From Epithemia pelagica (lineage: Eukaryota > Protista > Bacillariophyta), in assembly GCA_946965045.2 (NCBI GenBank), contig OX337235.1, positions 620,001-684,000 on the forward strand: a stretch of DNA of 64,000 nt. The letters run 5' to 3'. Position numbers and translations under genes: made by a program. Shown piece after piece: positions 41,201 through 50,841 of this stretch (its first letter is position 1; each line of letters opens with the position of its first letter). The notes below the pieces were generated by a model, which saw only the letters and a list, made by a program, of their open reading frames with translations, was not told where the DNA came from and made no database searches.

Positions 41201-41462
41201 GAAGAACACCAGCATACCTGCTTCCGTGTTGAATAAGAAGCACAATGCCATCAACTACCACTCAGTCAGGGAAGCCGCGGCTGCATCAATCCTACGGGTT
41301 GGGAAGGAAGATACCGAAACCAACATTGCAGATTTGTTCACAAAGATTCTGCCACGAGAACGGAGAAACGTGCTTATTTCGCAATTTACTTATTCTTCGG
41401 CGTTTGGTCCAGGGGGGCCCCCATCCATTGCGAACAAGCGCGTATTCCCCGCTCACTTCTAA
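35283..41462 (+). CDS. Copia-2 gag-pol polyprotein
   Basis: Gly-rich N-terminus, gag, RGG tract, protease EMDTMADTCCAG, integrase YTDT / TADLAGE / AEREIG, chromodomain-like segment, RT DIGNAYL / LYGLKSSG / YVDD, RNase H FVDADHAG / CDN. Confidence 0.95.
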   Translation: MVTSTRSNTKTAATATGTQGGSGGSGSGSGSGSGSGSTGASETGRDRTSRHGASTGAGAGTHAGGGTPGATTMGTGAGTAAGAAVGGGMAPDAGATGGAPGGGAGAGAAGMGGAGVAAGAGGGMAGGGAAAGVPGGAGGGAGGHGAGGGAGGGAGGGAGGGAGGGAGGGPAGGGGGDGGAGGGGGGGVPPGVPPPPLSAVGMALTTCGANPYEIYALEHTERLNTIEAFGRMTSEDVTNLVSRLEKRPYPHSVAIPTSVIKNIQGLCFWSARARRQGRRLQYGDFDQDALMESLDAMEIQAEKTSSPDIKPSALKEDDWEDWSQEFPTYLSHIFGKQKAPLDYVIRPDLDPAHVFASTREQELYSYPLGGPYFREDNKEVFRLLSDLVKDQPATWIQPFQASQDGRRAWLALVNHFDGGGQKEKRISKAEAVLDTLYYNNERVFSFDAYASKLLRAFRTLDNTPNRRTPSNQVKILIDNIKITSAEFAVIKGHVRSNHRTDLHAAIDYISREIAEIFPDVSIGNRRGQARHRFVSETASQAASRPRNFAGLSHNNGIYTFYGVDVTDVTRRFTSQEMITLGTQGQAYIHQERARLRGQGGGRGGRGFGGRGRGNYGGRGAGGRGVAEISTSGDQSVITDITNDQGDRTTAAETGTTNTDRGSHNGRRFGNGAYEQGNGNEEGSSRTGGISVVNCGPQRRVGKVEKGWLLESDSAVGRNEMDTMADTCCAGKNWALVETTGMECTVNDFAGNQVGRTSVPVATCATVVRERKTGVEIVVIGHQMLWFGNYLDKSLLNQNQIRHAGHEVRDDPTRQMKEGFGIWVDGVHIPFEVQGTTVYFESRAPTQHELENLPSITLTRQELWDPQNVDITQQDSSPYLEAYGASMAGIGEVSRVLTPQGLASELASIPQVRQVESSRHSAVTAESLSRKWKIGLDTARATLRVTTQQGIRTAISPITRRYRVDNLALHRNRLQTRFYTDTLFSKTLSLSGNKCAQIFTDGQFTTVYPLSSKSQVGQALSSFIDEVGIPDRLTADLAGEQAGDSTLFKKLVRLHRIDMQWAERHTGKQNHRAEREIGLLKQRWHRRMMELDVPRRLWDFGLVYEAGVLSRVARGPDMRSGVERLSGNTPDISEWTDFSFYDVVWYHNNVKADATDDPVQLGRWLGIAHRIGSDLCYWILTKSGKIIARTTVQHVTEEDLAKPEMEERIRQFKLIVEERLDDRNFTDDSKNGPGYLEDVDLEEEKRGRAGVVPSDEEYGGMIVEQAPEADEHGDGYDNYVGAQVQVDIGGETILGTVTKRQKGLDGKPVGRAHRNPTFDTRTYEVSFPGGLLHEYTANIVAENLYSRLDNEGKRHLVIKEIVGHRKDGDAVPQEEGYQYSSNGNKHPKRTTKGWEIAVECRDGTQIWIPLKDAKNGYPLELAEYAIAQGIQDEPAFKWWVPQTINHMRRLVKKVKKKYWKTTHKYGVKLPHSVDEALRIDEQTGTSLWKNAIDKELRVVKIAWEAREDLDLDEVRAGRQLVGYTEIKCHMVFDVKMDLTRKARLVAGGHMTEAPASLTYSSVVSRDSIRIAFLVAALNGLNVLACDIGNAYLNAPCREKIWFHGGPEVGNEFQGKVCVMVRALYGLKSSGASWRATLMATLYDMGFSDTQADPCVLRRKRKKSTGEEYYELMLVYVDDILLVSEVPQEVLDQIDKHYKIKAGSTGEPTVYLGAQIYKHNLPNGSWAWGMSSEKYVNNAIKIVEGLLEEDGDGKKLKSTAKVPVSSSYKPELDMSPELSPALTSRYQQLIGILRWAVELGRVDIYLEVSLLSQFLANPRVGHLEVVYHIFAFLKSHPKLKMVFDPMDVNLDESCFPQVPIDEWKEFYGDVAEELPVKMPKPLGRPVTITCFVDADHAGNVVTRRSHTGIVIFIQNAPILWYSKRQNTVESSSFGSEFVALRIAKEMIVALRYKLRMFGVPVPSPANILCDNRGVVKNTSIPASVLNKKHNAINYHSVREAAAASILRVGKEDTETNIADLFTKILPRERRNVLISQFTYSSAFGPGGPPSIANKRVFPAHF

Positions 41463-41475
41463 AGCTTGCGGGGAC

Positions 41476-41642
41476 TGTCTCATTCCGGCTGATACACGAA
41501 TTCTGACCCAATACGGGACACATACGTCAGAAATACAACGGTCATTACCGTTTACCGTTTTACTGGTTTCATGCGTTGAATGTAGCGTAATTCTTCATCT
41601 TAATCTTTCTTTGGAGTGGATTCTATCAAGTAGAATAAGACA
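41476..41642 (+). repeat. 3' LTR of Copia-2
   Basis: Identical to the 5' LTR, preceded by a short purine-rich GCGGGGAC. Confidence 0.97.
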
Positions 41643-41685
41643 TTTCCACCGTGTTTTTTATTTTTCTGCTAACGCCAATCGTAAT

Positions 41686-41737
41686 CGAGTAGTAAATACA
41701 CTACTCCGATAAATTCGAGTAGTAAATACACTACTCC
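41686..41737. repeat. Two palindromic 22-bp direct repeats (30-bp period)
   Basis: CGAGTAGTAAATACACTACTCC at 41686-41707 and 41716-41737, each with GAGTAGT/ACTACTC arms. A related pair lies at 45640-45691. Confidence 0.8.
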
Positions 41738-42420
41738 CATAATTTCAAGTCGTCCTATCTATGTCAATTTCAATTTGTTGGGTTTCTTTGAGCTTGCTTC
41801 TGGTAGAACTTGAGATTCTGAACACATTGATGTATGATAGTCTACACTAATTTTCACATGATCACCGTCGTTTTGGCCGTCAAAATTTCAGCAATTTTCA
41901 TGATTTTTTGAATCCATCGACCATGGCCCAACTTTGAATGCTACGGACACAGTCAATAGCCAATAACAAATGCCAAGACCTTCCATTCTGGTGTAAAATA
42001 ACATGAACTATAGGACTGTGCCTTTACATGTTATTTGCAAATGCCTCTGTCGAGCATTTGCCACTTCTCTCTCTCGGACCGTGTTTTTCCAGGTTCATCC
42101 CATTGACCCTTTTTCGACACATTGCATCTTTCCTTCGTCAACTTTGGCCACCACACACCATCTGTCTTGATCATATGGCTTTATTTCATCCATTCTCACC
42201 TGGCTTGGCCTCACTGGAAGATGATCCATGCCATTTTCATGGTCCGTCCTCATTGTCTCTCATGGTCCTCGCAAAAAAAAGAGGTACAGTCTATTTTAAC
42301 GCTGCCGCGCGCACCCGCTAGGGTGACGTCGACCGACGCGCCCGGCTCCACACAAAATGAGGAGCGAGGACTAAACATGACGGGACAAGTTGTGAGGACG
42401 GGACAGAGAGTAGAAATCGG

Positions 42421-45162
42421 TTACAAGGGTGGGGCAGCATCCCTGAGAATGACAGGGCGCCAGGTATTGATCCAAGAGCGAAGAGAAACAGCAGTAGTTT
42501 CCGCTGCGAAATGAGCAGCGGTAGACGAGTAGAAAATATCGCGTTCAGAGGGCGGGAGACGGGTGCGGAATTCGTATAAAGTCGTGATTTCGCGTTGTGC
42601 TTGGGCGTAAGATGCGGCTTCAACTGTTTGGGGTGAATTACCGTGAAGGTTGTGGTTTCGAGTGATCCATAGAGCATGGATATGTTTCCATAAGAGTTTA
42701 ATTGTGCCAGTAACAAAATGAGTCCCGGAGACTGTGCGTGAATGTTGATGGGTGGTGGAGAGATAGTTGTCTTGAAGATTGCGCCATTGAATAGTGAAGC
42801 GGCCGAAAAAGATGTGAGCGTATCCGATAAGTTGTTGTTGAGTTACCAGCGATTGATATGAGAGGGAGAGGGTGGGAAAAGACGGTGGAACGTTGGCGAG
42901 CCAAGAGTGAATAATCTCCACAAGAAGTAGGTTCAGAGTTGGGTCGAGGGATTGGAGACGCCAGAAATCTTGCAGTTCATCAAGAAGAGGTCCTTTCCAT
43001 TGTCGGTGAGGACAACAGAGAAAGTGAGAGCGAGTCTCAACAACAGAGGGAGTGCAGAGGGGGCATGTTTCTGTGTAGTAAGTGGCGTAGCGAGAACGAA
43101 GATAGCCAAGGGGAAGCCAGTCATGGAGAAACTTAATGTGGAATTGTCGACGGGTGAAAACAGTCGTGATAGCGCGTCCGTGTGCCGTCCAATCAATCAT
43201 CTCGAAAGTCTCGAGCGACCACTCGTTGCGATTGCATAAGTATTGGCGTAAAGCTTTCCATGTAGAGAGGTAGCGCAGAATAGATCGGTAATTCGAATTG
43301 ATAGTCCCTTTGGGAGAATGAAGTATGGCTTGGCTGCCTGTGATAAGAGGGACATGTGTCGATGAAATAGTAGGCGGGTATTCCTATGAGTCTGCCAATC
43401 GGTCAGCGTCTACATTGAGCTGGGCAGCAAGGGTCAGTGTTGGATATGGTCGCAGGCGATCTTGGTGGCCCCGAACATGTAGGAAACTTGGAGTTTCTGG
43501 GAATTGTTTGATAGATGTACTAATTGATTGTTGGATATCCCAGTCTGCTTCCATCGTAGAGTATGGGAAGTCATAGACCCATTCCAGTCGCTTTTCCACA
43601 GTATTGATCAAACTTTTGGAATCGGTATAGAAGATTAATTGTGTCGGAAGACTGAAGCCATAAGACGTCGTAAGATGAATCACAGCACGTAGCAATGCAA
43701 GCATTCCATAACTCTCCGACCGGAAGGACGAAGTACGATAACCAGGAGCAGGACCACTTAATTGAAAAAGGCGTTGTCCAGTATCCGTGCTGCAAATACA
43801 GCCAAATTTGCCAGTGAACATAGCCGCTGAGCCATCGCTGCACAAGAAGAGGCGGACAGTCGGAGTGGTGAAACTTTGTTGGATTTGTTGAGGTTGGCAA
43901 AGGAGGACAAGTTTGGACATTAGGTGTTGATCCCATTGTTCGAGAGAAGAGACGTAGTCAGGAAAAGTCTGGGGTGGTGGTGGATCGGAAGGTATGGCTT
44001 GAGGACGGCAAGGCAGAATAATGAAAGCGGGACCGGAGTGGTTGACATGAACGGGCACTGCTGTCGATGGGGGACTTGGAGAGAGTTGAGACGTTGGAAG
44101 AAAAAGTGGGTGTTGGTACCAGTAGTGTCGAAAAATATTGGGAGATTCGGCCACATAGAGCTTGGAGCTCGGGCAGTCAACGAGGAATTTCCAATGGCGA
44201 TGTAATTTCTGTCCAGGTACAGTCCAGGAACCGAGAGGGTGTACCAGCATTCGTGTAACTCCTGTTTGTCTGACTAAGTCAAGGTATTTGTCCCACTGTT
44301 GCCAAGCGCCGGGGCCCGGCCGGTCTTGGTACGGAATCAGGCCGTGATGAGTCGAGAAATCGTCATGGCGATGTTCAATAGTAAACAACGAGAGTTTCGT
44401 GCCATCAGGAGTGGATATATCACTGAGCAATGTCACACCCAGGTAGATACGGCATGCATTGAGCAGAATCAGTTCCGTTGGAGTGAATTGCGACGACTCT
44501 ATTGCAATATCCATGAGGAAACGGTCGTTGACTCGTTGGAGAGCGGGAAGGAATTTGGATTCGAGTTCAATATTGCAGTTTGCTTTTTGGAGGAAGGTTC
44601 GCACTTGTGGGATCCATTGCATCGGAATATGGAAATGCTAGTACCCGCGAGAAATTGAGCCCACGAGATCGCGATCTTGGCAAGTTGTGCCGGAACTCCC
44701 GGTGATCTGAGACATGCTAGCAGTAGGTAAGTCTGAGAAATTCCACGCTCCACTGAGAGCGTTCGCAGTCCGATTCCTCCTAATTCTGCTGGTCCGTAAA
44801 CGACTGCGTTTGGCATATGGCGATTGAAGCCATACTTGGGTAAAAAGGCCTTCTTGAACTGGACTTGTAAGGCATTGCAGTGGCCATCAGAGAGGGAAGA
44901 CGAGGGTAGCGGATATGATATGCTAGGGAGGTAGATAGCAAGGTAATAGGCCCAGGCGTCGGTTCTGGAGAAAGGGCTGGTGGCCATCACGGAAGTATGA
45001 GCTTTGTTCTTTTTCGCAAGAGCAAGGTACAACCCTTTATCTGTTCGATGTGGCGATTTCTGTACACCCAAAGTCTTGTGACTCCGATAGGAAGATAATT
45101 GTTTGATCGGTATTGTTTGGTCCGAATCATGGAAGTGAATTGTAATTTGAGGTGTGGTCGCT
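42421..45162 (-). mobile_element. 5'-truncated, decayed non-LTR retrotransposon (LINE with RNase H)
   Basis: RT thumb (KTLGV, YLPSISYPL, GFNRHMP.AVVYGP.ELGGIGL), RNase H (CSDGS, SFRSESYG, YTDSKSLI, HVRGHQD, NVDADRLA), C-terminal CPLC..ETRSHFLCC. Frameshift near 44620 and in-frame TAG at 43384-43386. RT YxDD core not present. Confidence 0.85.
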
Positions 45163-45826
45163 CAAGTTAAAAAAGAGCGACTAAGATGACAAAAAATTCT
45201 CACTATCAATAAATTTGTACTCGAAGTTAAAACGGACTGTTTTCAAACCGTGTTAAGGCCGGAGCATTAAATTCGAGCATTTTAACTAACTCTATACCTA
45301 GCTATGCAGGTAGTTCGTCTCACATTTTTATTTTACAGTAGAATTTTATTGTAGAGCCGGGAAGTAGTAATCGTGCGATTCGCGCGACATCATGGGTGAA
45401 CCGTGTAAGGAACATTATGTCGTTGCGACATCCCAACTCGTAATAAAACCGGGCGGTGGTCACTACCTACACATCTAGATATAAATAAGCAGATTACTCC
45501 CCTGTGTTTTCTCACTCCTTCCTCGTCGGGCGCCCGGCATATGTCTTGTCGGGCATGCGCCCTCCTCGAACATATGCCCTCCTCGTCATTCTACCCTCCG
45601 CGCCGGGCGACCCTCCTCTAAAGGACTGAAACACCGTGAAGTAGTCTTACTACTCCCATAAAATTTATCCGAGTAGTAAATCCACTGCTCGAAAGGCCTT
45701 AAAGCGCGTTCCTTACGAATGGCGTTAAGTTGTTGTTGTTGTGGATGGAGTTCCGATTTCGTACCAACATTATACCAAAGAGAACATCACAGACACAAAG
45801 TCCAGCAACTGCGATAACAAACAACC

Positions 45827-47413
45827 ATGACAGTAGAACCGGAAGAAGGCCCCATCGTAGGATCGCAAAACCCCAGGTTGAATTCGAGTGCAGCAGACCG
45901 ACGACCAGGAAACTTGTCGTCCTCCTCCTCCTTGAAGAACCAGAACCAACTGGTGTGGTCCTCCTCCTATGGCGAAACCAACCTCGATCATGGACACGAA
46001 ACCAACACTGATGAACCGTCGCAAACGCTTGTACACGCCGAATCACAACAAGAACGACTGTCATTGCACCAACGCAATAGTATCCAGAAACTTTTTTCTT
46101 CTTCGCCGCCGCATCCCCTTTATCCAGGTGACGAGGGCTTTGACGAAAACAATGCGGCCCTCCAAGTTGTTGTCAACGAATGGGCACAAGGTACCTCCAT
46201 TCATGGTGTGCCTTTGGTCACAGATGCGAGTGTGTGGAAATTGTGGAAACGGTCCGTCTGGATTGTCTTGGTTCTGGTTTCGTCAGGCTTTATGGTGTGG
46301 CAAATGACTCAATTGATTCGACAATATCGCAGTTACGAAGTCTTGACCCGAACCGAAACCATTAATCCGGAATCCATGGCCTTTCCACGTGTTACCATTT
46401 GCAATGCCAGTCCTTTTTCACGTTCACGAATGCAAGAATTTGGCTTGGAAAATCCTACAACGTTGCAAGAATTTGAACAAATATCGACTCCCTTGGAGGA
46501 TTTTATCAATCGCACCTGGTTCAATGGTGTGGAATTACCCGTCTCCCAATCGTGGCAGTCAACCTTTATGCAAGGGGATTTGGGTCGATGTTGGTCGTTT
46601 GATACGACGGAACATGTGTCGAGTCCCGGTTATTATGGTGGATTGCGGGTGTTTATCGATTTGAATCAGTACGATTATGACGATACAGTTGATTTTGCTG
46701 CCGCCATTGTTTGGGTCCAACAAGCCGGTACCTTTTTGGATACTCAATTACCCATTTATGCCGTCAAACCGGGCAAGAAAAGCTTGTTGTCCATTACCTT
46801 GAATCGATTTGAACGAGAACAAGAAGCACCCTGGGCGCGGTGTCAGGGACAGGCACCCGAGTATACGCAAGGACGATGTCGATCGGAATGTATTTTGCGG
46901 TATATTCGTGAAACCTGTCAATGTCGTCGGTACGGCGATGCCACCGACCCGTCCCTCTTGTTTTGTCCCCGGTACGATCCCTGTCTCTTGTCCGCCCTGA
47001 GCAATTCCAATACCATTATCCAAGAGTCCTGCACCCAAGATTGCAATCTTCCCAGTTGTATTGTCAATGAATACACGGCCAATGTGCAAGATGTCGACTT
47101 TGCCCGCAATTGGGTGTCCAATTTTGACTATGACCTGTACAATGTTACACCGCAGTACTTGTTGGAGAATTATCTCATTTTGAATGTCAATTTTGAAAAG
47201 ATTGAATATCACTTGCTGACCGAAACCAAGGCTGTCACCTCGGCCCAATTATTGGGATCCATTGGTGGTTCCATGGGACTCTTTTTGGGCATTTCCTTGT
47301 TGAGTGTGTTTGAATTGGTGGGTGATTTGGGTTTGTTGCGATTGTTCCCACGATGGTTAGGCCATCGTCATTTGTTGGGATTGGGTGCCGTGGTTTCCCA
47401 CAAATCCGACTAA
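45827..47413 (+). CDS. DEG/ENaC (ASIC-like) channel subunit, copy 2
   Basis: Same motifs as copy 1 (TSIHG, FPRVTICN, thumb cysteines, LLGSIGGSMGLFLGIS). Intact and intronless. Confidence 0.93.
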   Translation: MTVEPEEGPIVGSQNPRLNSSAADRRPGNLSSSSSLKNQNQLVWSSSYGETNLDHGHETNTDEPSQTLVHAESQQERLSLHQRNSIQKLFSSSPPHPLYPGDEGFDENNAALQVVVNEWAQGTSIHGVPLVTDASVWKLWKRSVWIVLVLVSSGFMVWQMTQLIRQYRSYEVLTRTETINPESMAFPRVTICNASPFSRSRMQEFGLENPTTLQEFEQISTPLEDFINRTWFNGVELPVSQSWQSTFMQGDLGRCWSFDTTEHVSSPGYYGGLRVFIDLNQYDYDDTVDFAAAIVWVQQAGTFLDTQLPIYAVKPGKKSLLSITLNRFEREQEAPWARCQGQAPEYTQGRCRSECILRYIRETCQCRRYGDATDPSLLFCPRYDPCLLSALSNSNTIIQESCTQDCNLPSCIVNEYTANVQDVDFARNWVSNFDYDLYNVTPQYLLENYLILNVNFEKIEYHLLTETKAVTSAQLLGSIGGSMGLFLGISLLSVFELVGDLGLLRLFPRWLGHRHLLGLGAVVSHKSD

Positions 47414-48570
47414 GACACTGAAAGAGTGAGAAGCGGACGACGCGTCGAATACTTGCGTGACTCTCTCTCTCGGCTCAGAGAGGGCGGTCCTCTTGTGTGT
47501 GAGATGTTGGCCTCTGGACCACAATGCTTCGATGTGTCTACCACTGGATCTGTGGTTCCTCTCATCGTTTGCGTCTGTGCGTCGGTAAGCGCGAGTCTTT
47601 TTTCTCTGTCGGCGCAGGACACGTGTGAGACCCATCCACAGACAACCACACCACCACCAACAACAAGAACACACACTGTGGAAGGATGATCATAACGCTC
47701 GGGTCCCTGTATTCGACGACCAACGCTTCCAACAAGAATAAGAAGAAGAACTGATTCAACATGTGAATGCAAGATGATGACGATGATGGTCTCTGGTTGC
47801 AAGGGGTGTTGTCACCCTGTTGGTGTGCGCCCAAACAAGAAGAACGATTTTGCCGCAGCCATGACTCTCTCAGCAATTCCGGATAGATACAGTATAGTAG
47901 GTATAGTAGAGCAAAGGGGAAAAGCTCTAGCTTGCACAGCTTCTTGTGGTTGAATCGTTTCGTAGTTGTGTTCCGCTTTAGTTGTCTGGGTGTGGTTCTC
48001 TTCTTTGTTGGAACCCGAATACACAGTCTCGATAATACACCTCTTTATTATGTAGACTAGGCGAAGGAACCGTTGCCGCTAGAATTTGGAAAATGTGCAC
48101 GTCCTGGTATAGTCGACGGGCTCGCACGCTGGCCCTTCGGACAGGCAACTATTTGGAGAGCCTGCGACAACGACTGACGCGCGCGGATGTGGATCTCCCA
48201 CACTGGACTCTTCGGTGGCAGCAACAAAACGGAGCGAAGACGAGACAAGGAAAGGTGTGTATAGAATACATTGCAACAACCACCGACCGTCGTGTATCGC
48301 TAGACCCAGGGTCTACATCATTGGTGTGTGTGTCGTAACAAGAGAGAGAGAGAGAGAGAGGACTTATTTCAACGAGACGAGTGAGACCCAATCGTCGTTC
48401 TTTTGTCCATTACAGAACATACAAACCGTCATTTGAGAGGTCTCCTTTCGAAAACGTTGAGGTTCCGTGGCTTTGGTTCTTTGCTGGCTGTGGGATAATT
48501 TGTGGATCGTTGTGTGTGTGTGTGTGGTCACTGGAGAGTTGTTGCCGTTTCCAACAATATCATCATCATC

Positions 48571-50841
48571 ATGTCGGCAATTAAAATGGATGAATTGTTG
48601 GTGTCGTGGTTGGGCAGTGACGATGTGTATGAAAATGTCTTGGATTTGATTGAAAATTATCGTGCCACACACGAGGATGAAAAAAAGGACGAACCATCGG
48701 CCGAAGGAGATCCGTTGAAAACAGCCACAACGACGGACAACCACAACAACAACGAGGACGATCCTACCGTGGACTCGTCGGATCCTCCTCCCACCACCAC
48801 AACGACTCCAACCATGATGCCTCCTCCCATTCCTCCCTTTTATCCTGTCAAGGTGGCCGGTCGCATTCGGAAACGACGTCAAATGACCGTCTCGCAAAAG
48901 GATACCTGGGATCCCTTGCCGGAAGGAAGTACTACGACAACTACTTCGACGACCAGCAGCAGCAGCACCACCACACCGTCTTCACCGCCTCCGGCCGCTG
49001 GTTCTTCGGCTTCCAATCCCATTCCCTTGTTGCCGCAATTGTTGGATTCACGATCCTCCGCCTCCTCGTCTCCGCATGTCAAGGAAGATGGTACAGCCGA
49101 AGGTGAGGAAGGAGCGGCATCTGCCGAACAACAACAGCAAGCACAACAAGAACCGTCGATTTGCGTTCGCGATCAAACCATGGCAATTTATGCCGAATTG
49201 GGTCAAGATCCACCCCTGGCCAGTCCCACTTCGGACGATGACGATGACGACTATGGGGACTCGACGACGACCAATAATTCCAAACGGTTTGCCCAAAAAT
49301 ACTTGACGGTCGAAACCTTTGTCCGCGTCACCAAGGATGTCTGTGGCTTTCCGTCCTTTTTCAATATTCCCTTGTACGCTCGCATTTTGGCGCTCTGGAA
49401 TGCCAAGACGAGTGAATTGGCCGCCGCACCCATGGAAGTGATTACCTTGGAAATGTTGGAATGGTTTTGGAAGACGGAAATGGAACCCTACGATCCCTGC
49501 GATCGCTTTTTTCGACTCGTGGCGCAAATTGGGGCCGACGCCATTTTGCGCGATGATTTCTTGCCCTTTATCAAGGCCCTGTTGCAAGATCATCCCGGTT
49601 TGGAATTTTTGAGCAGCCATGCGGAATTTCAAGAAAAGTATGCCGTCACGGTCATTACCCGCATCTTTTATGGCGTCAATACCTGTCATTCCGGACGCAT
49701 CACGGCCCGGCAAGTCCGACGCTCCGATTTGTTGCAAGCCTTTCAACAAGTCGATGAAGAAGAAGATATCAATAAGGTGACACGATACTTTTCCTACGAA
49801 CATTTCTATGTCTTGTATTGTCGCTTTTGGGAGTTGGATCATGATCGAGATTATCGGATTACCCGAGAAGATTTGTTAAAATATGGCGATCAATCCCTCT
49901 CCCACATGATTGTCGATCGCATTTTTGATGCCGCCCCGCGACCCTTTGAACCGCAACAACAATTGCTCTTGCTGCAACAGCAGCAACAACAAGGCGATGC
50001 GCAGCAACAACAACAACAACAATTGTTGGCCTTGCAACAACAGCCTCCCCGTCCCAGTCACCGCGATTATTTGAGTTACGAAGATTTTATTTATTTCATG
50101 TTATCCGAAGAAGACAAGTCCAATGAAGTCTCGGTCAAGTATTGGTTCACCTGCGTCGATGTCGACGGCGATGGCAAACTCAACAATATGGAATTGCGAT
50201 CCTTTTATGCCGTCCAATTGCATCGCATGCAATTCATGGGCCATGAGGTAGTCCCCTTTGAAGACATGTTGTGTCAAATGATGGATATGATCAAACCCGC
50301 GCACAATGACTTTTTGGTCGAAACCGACTTTTTGCAACCCGAATGTCGTCAAGTGTCGGGGGCCCTCTTTGATGCCCTCTTCAATCTCAACAAGTACCTC
50401 TTGTTTGAACAACGCGATCCCTTTGTCGAACGACAAAAACGGGAAGATGAATTTGATTGCGATTGGGACCGATTTGCCTGTCTGGATTATTCACGATTGG
50501 CCATGGAAGAAGAAGCCCGCGAAGAAGAAGCCATGGAAATTGATTGGGTCACGGTCGATGACGAGGAGGAAGATGAAGACGATGACGAAGAGGACGACGA
50601 CGATGAAGACGATGACGACGACGACGATGGTCCTCGGGGAGGTGGTTTGACTTACGATGACGATGATTTGCAACATACCGATGACGATTCCGAAAGTGAT
50701 TTGCAAGGAGCGGCCATGCTTCAATATGGCATGATGCAGCAGCAGCAACAACAGCATCATCCCCATGCGCATCATCACCATCATCATCATGGACATCATG
50801 GAGGTGGAGGCGGAAATGTTGCTAGTGAAGCGCCCTTTTAA
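48571..50841 (+). CDS. PPP2R3: PP2A regulatory subunit B'' (EF-hand)
   Basis: MDELLVSWL N-terminus, FLPFIKALLQDHPGLEFL, EKYAVTVITRIFY, FSYEHFYVLYCRFWELDHDRD, SVKYWFTCVDVDGDG, LFDALFNLNKYLLFEQRDPF. Start set at ATG 48571. Confidence 0.93.
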   Translation: MSAIKMDELLVSWLGSDDVYENVLDLIENYRATHEDEKKDEPSAEGDPLKTATTTDNHNNNEDDPTVDSSDPPPTTTTTPTMMPPPIPPFYPVKVAGRIRKRRQMTVSQKDTWDPLPEGSTTTTTSTTSSSSTTTPSSPPPAAGSSASNPIPLLPQLLDSRSSASSSPHVKEDGTAEGEEGAASAEQQQQAQQEPSICVRDQTMAIYAELGQDPPLASPTSDDDDDDYGDSTTTNNSKRFAQKYLTVETFVRVTKDVCGFPSFFNIPLYARILALWNAKTSELAAAPMEVITLEMLEWFWKTEMEPYDPCDRFFRLVAQIGADAILRDDFLPFIKALLQDHPGLEFLSSHAEFQEKYAVTVITRIFYGVNTCHSGRITARQVRRSDLLQAFQQVDEEEDINKVTRYFSYEHFYVLYCRFWELDHDRDYRITREDLLKYGDQSLSHMIVDRIFDAAPRPFEPQQQLLLLQQQQQQGDAQQQQQQQLLALQQQPPRPSHRDYLSYEDFIYFMLSEEDKSNEVSVKYWFTCVDVDGDGKLNNMELRSFYAVQLHRMQFMGHEVVPFEDMLCQMMDMIKPAHNDFLVETDFLQPECRQVSGALFDALFNLNKYLLFEQRDPFVERQKREDEFDCDWDRFACLDYSRLAMEEEAREEEAMEIDWVTVDDEEEDEDDDEEDDDDEDDDDDDDGPRGGGLTYDDDDLQHTDDDSESDLQGAAMLQYGMMQQQQQQHHPHAHHHHHHHGHHGGGGGNVASEAPF

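Larger units (their letters stand above)
35072..41642 (+). mobile_element. Intact Ty1/copia (CoDi-type) LTR retrotransposon
   Basis: 167-bp TG...CA LTRs with no differences seen. TSD TTTC (35068-35071 / 41643-41646). Single 2059-aa ORF. Confidence 0.97.

Noticed and set aside
41686-41737. CRISPR-like array
   Set aside because: Only two units with an 8-bp spacer, eukaryotic context, and no cas genes.
17810-43386. Stop-codon reassignment to explain in-frame TAG/TAA at 17810, 24443, 30957 and 43384
   Set aside because: Intact genes here terminate at TAA (41462, 47413) and TAG (50841), so the standard code applies and these are mutations or errors.
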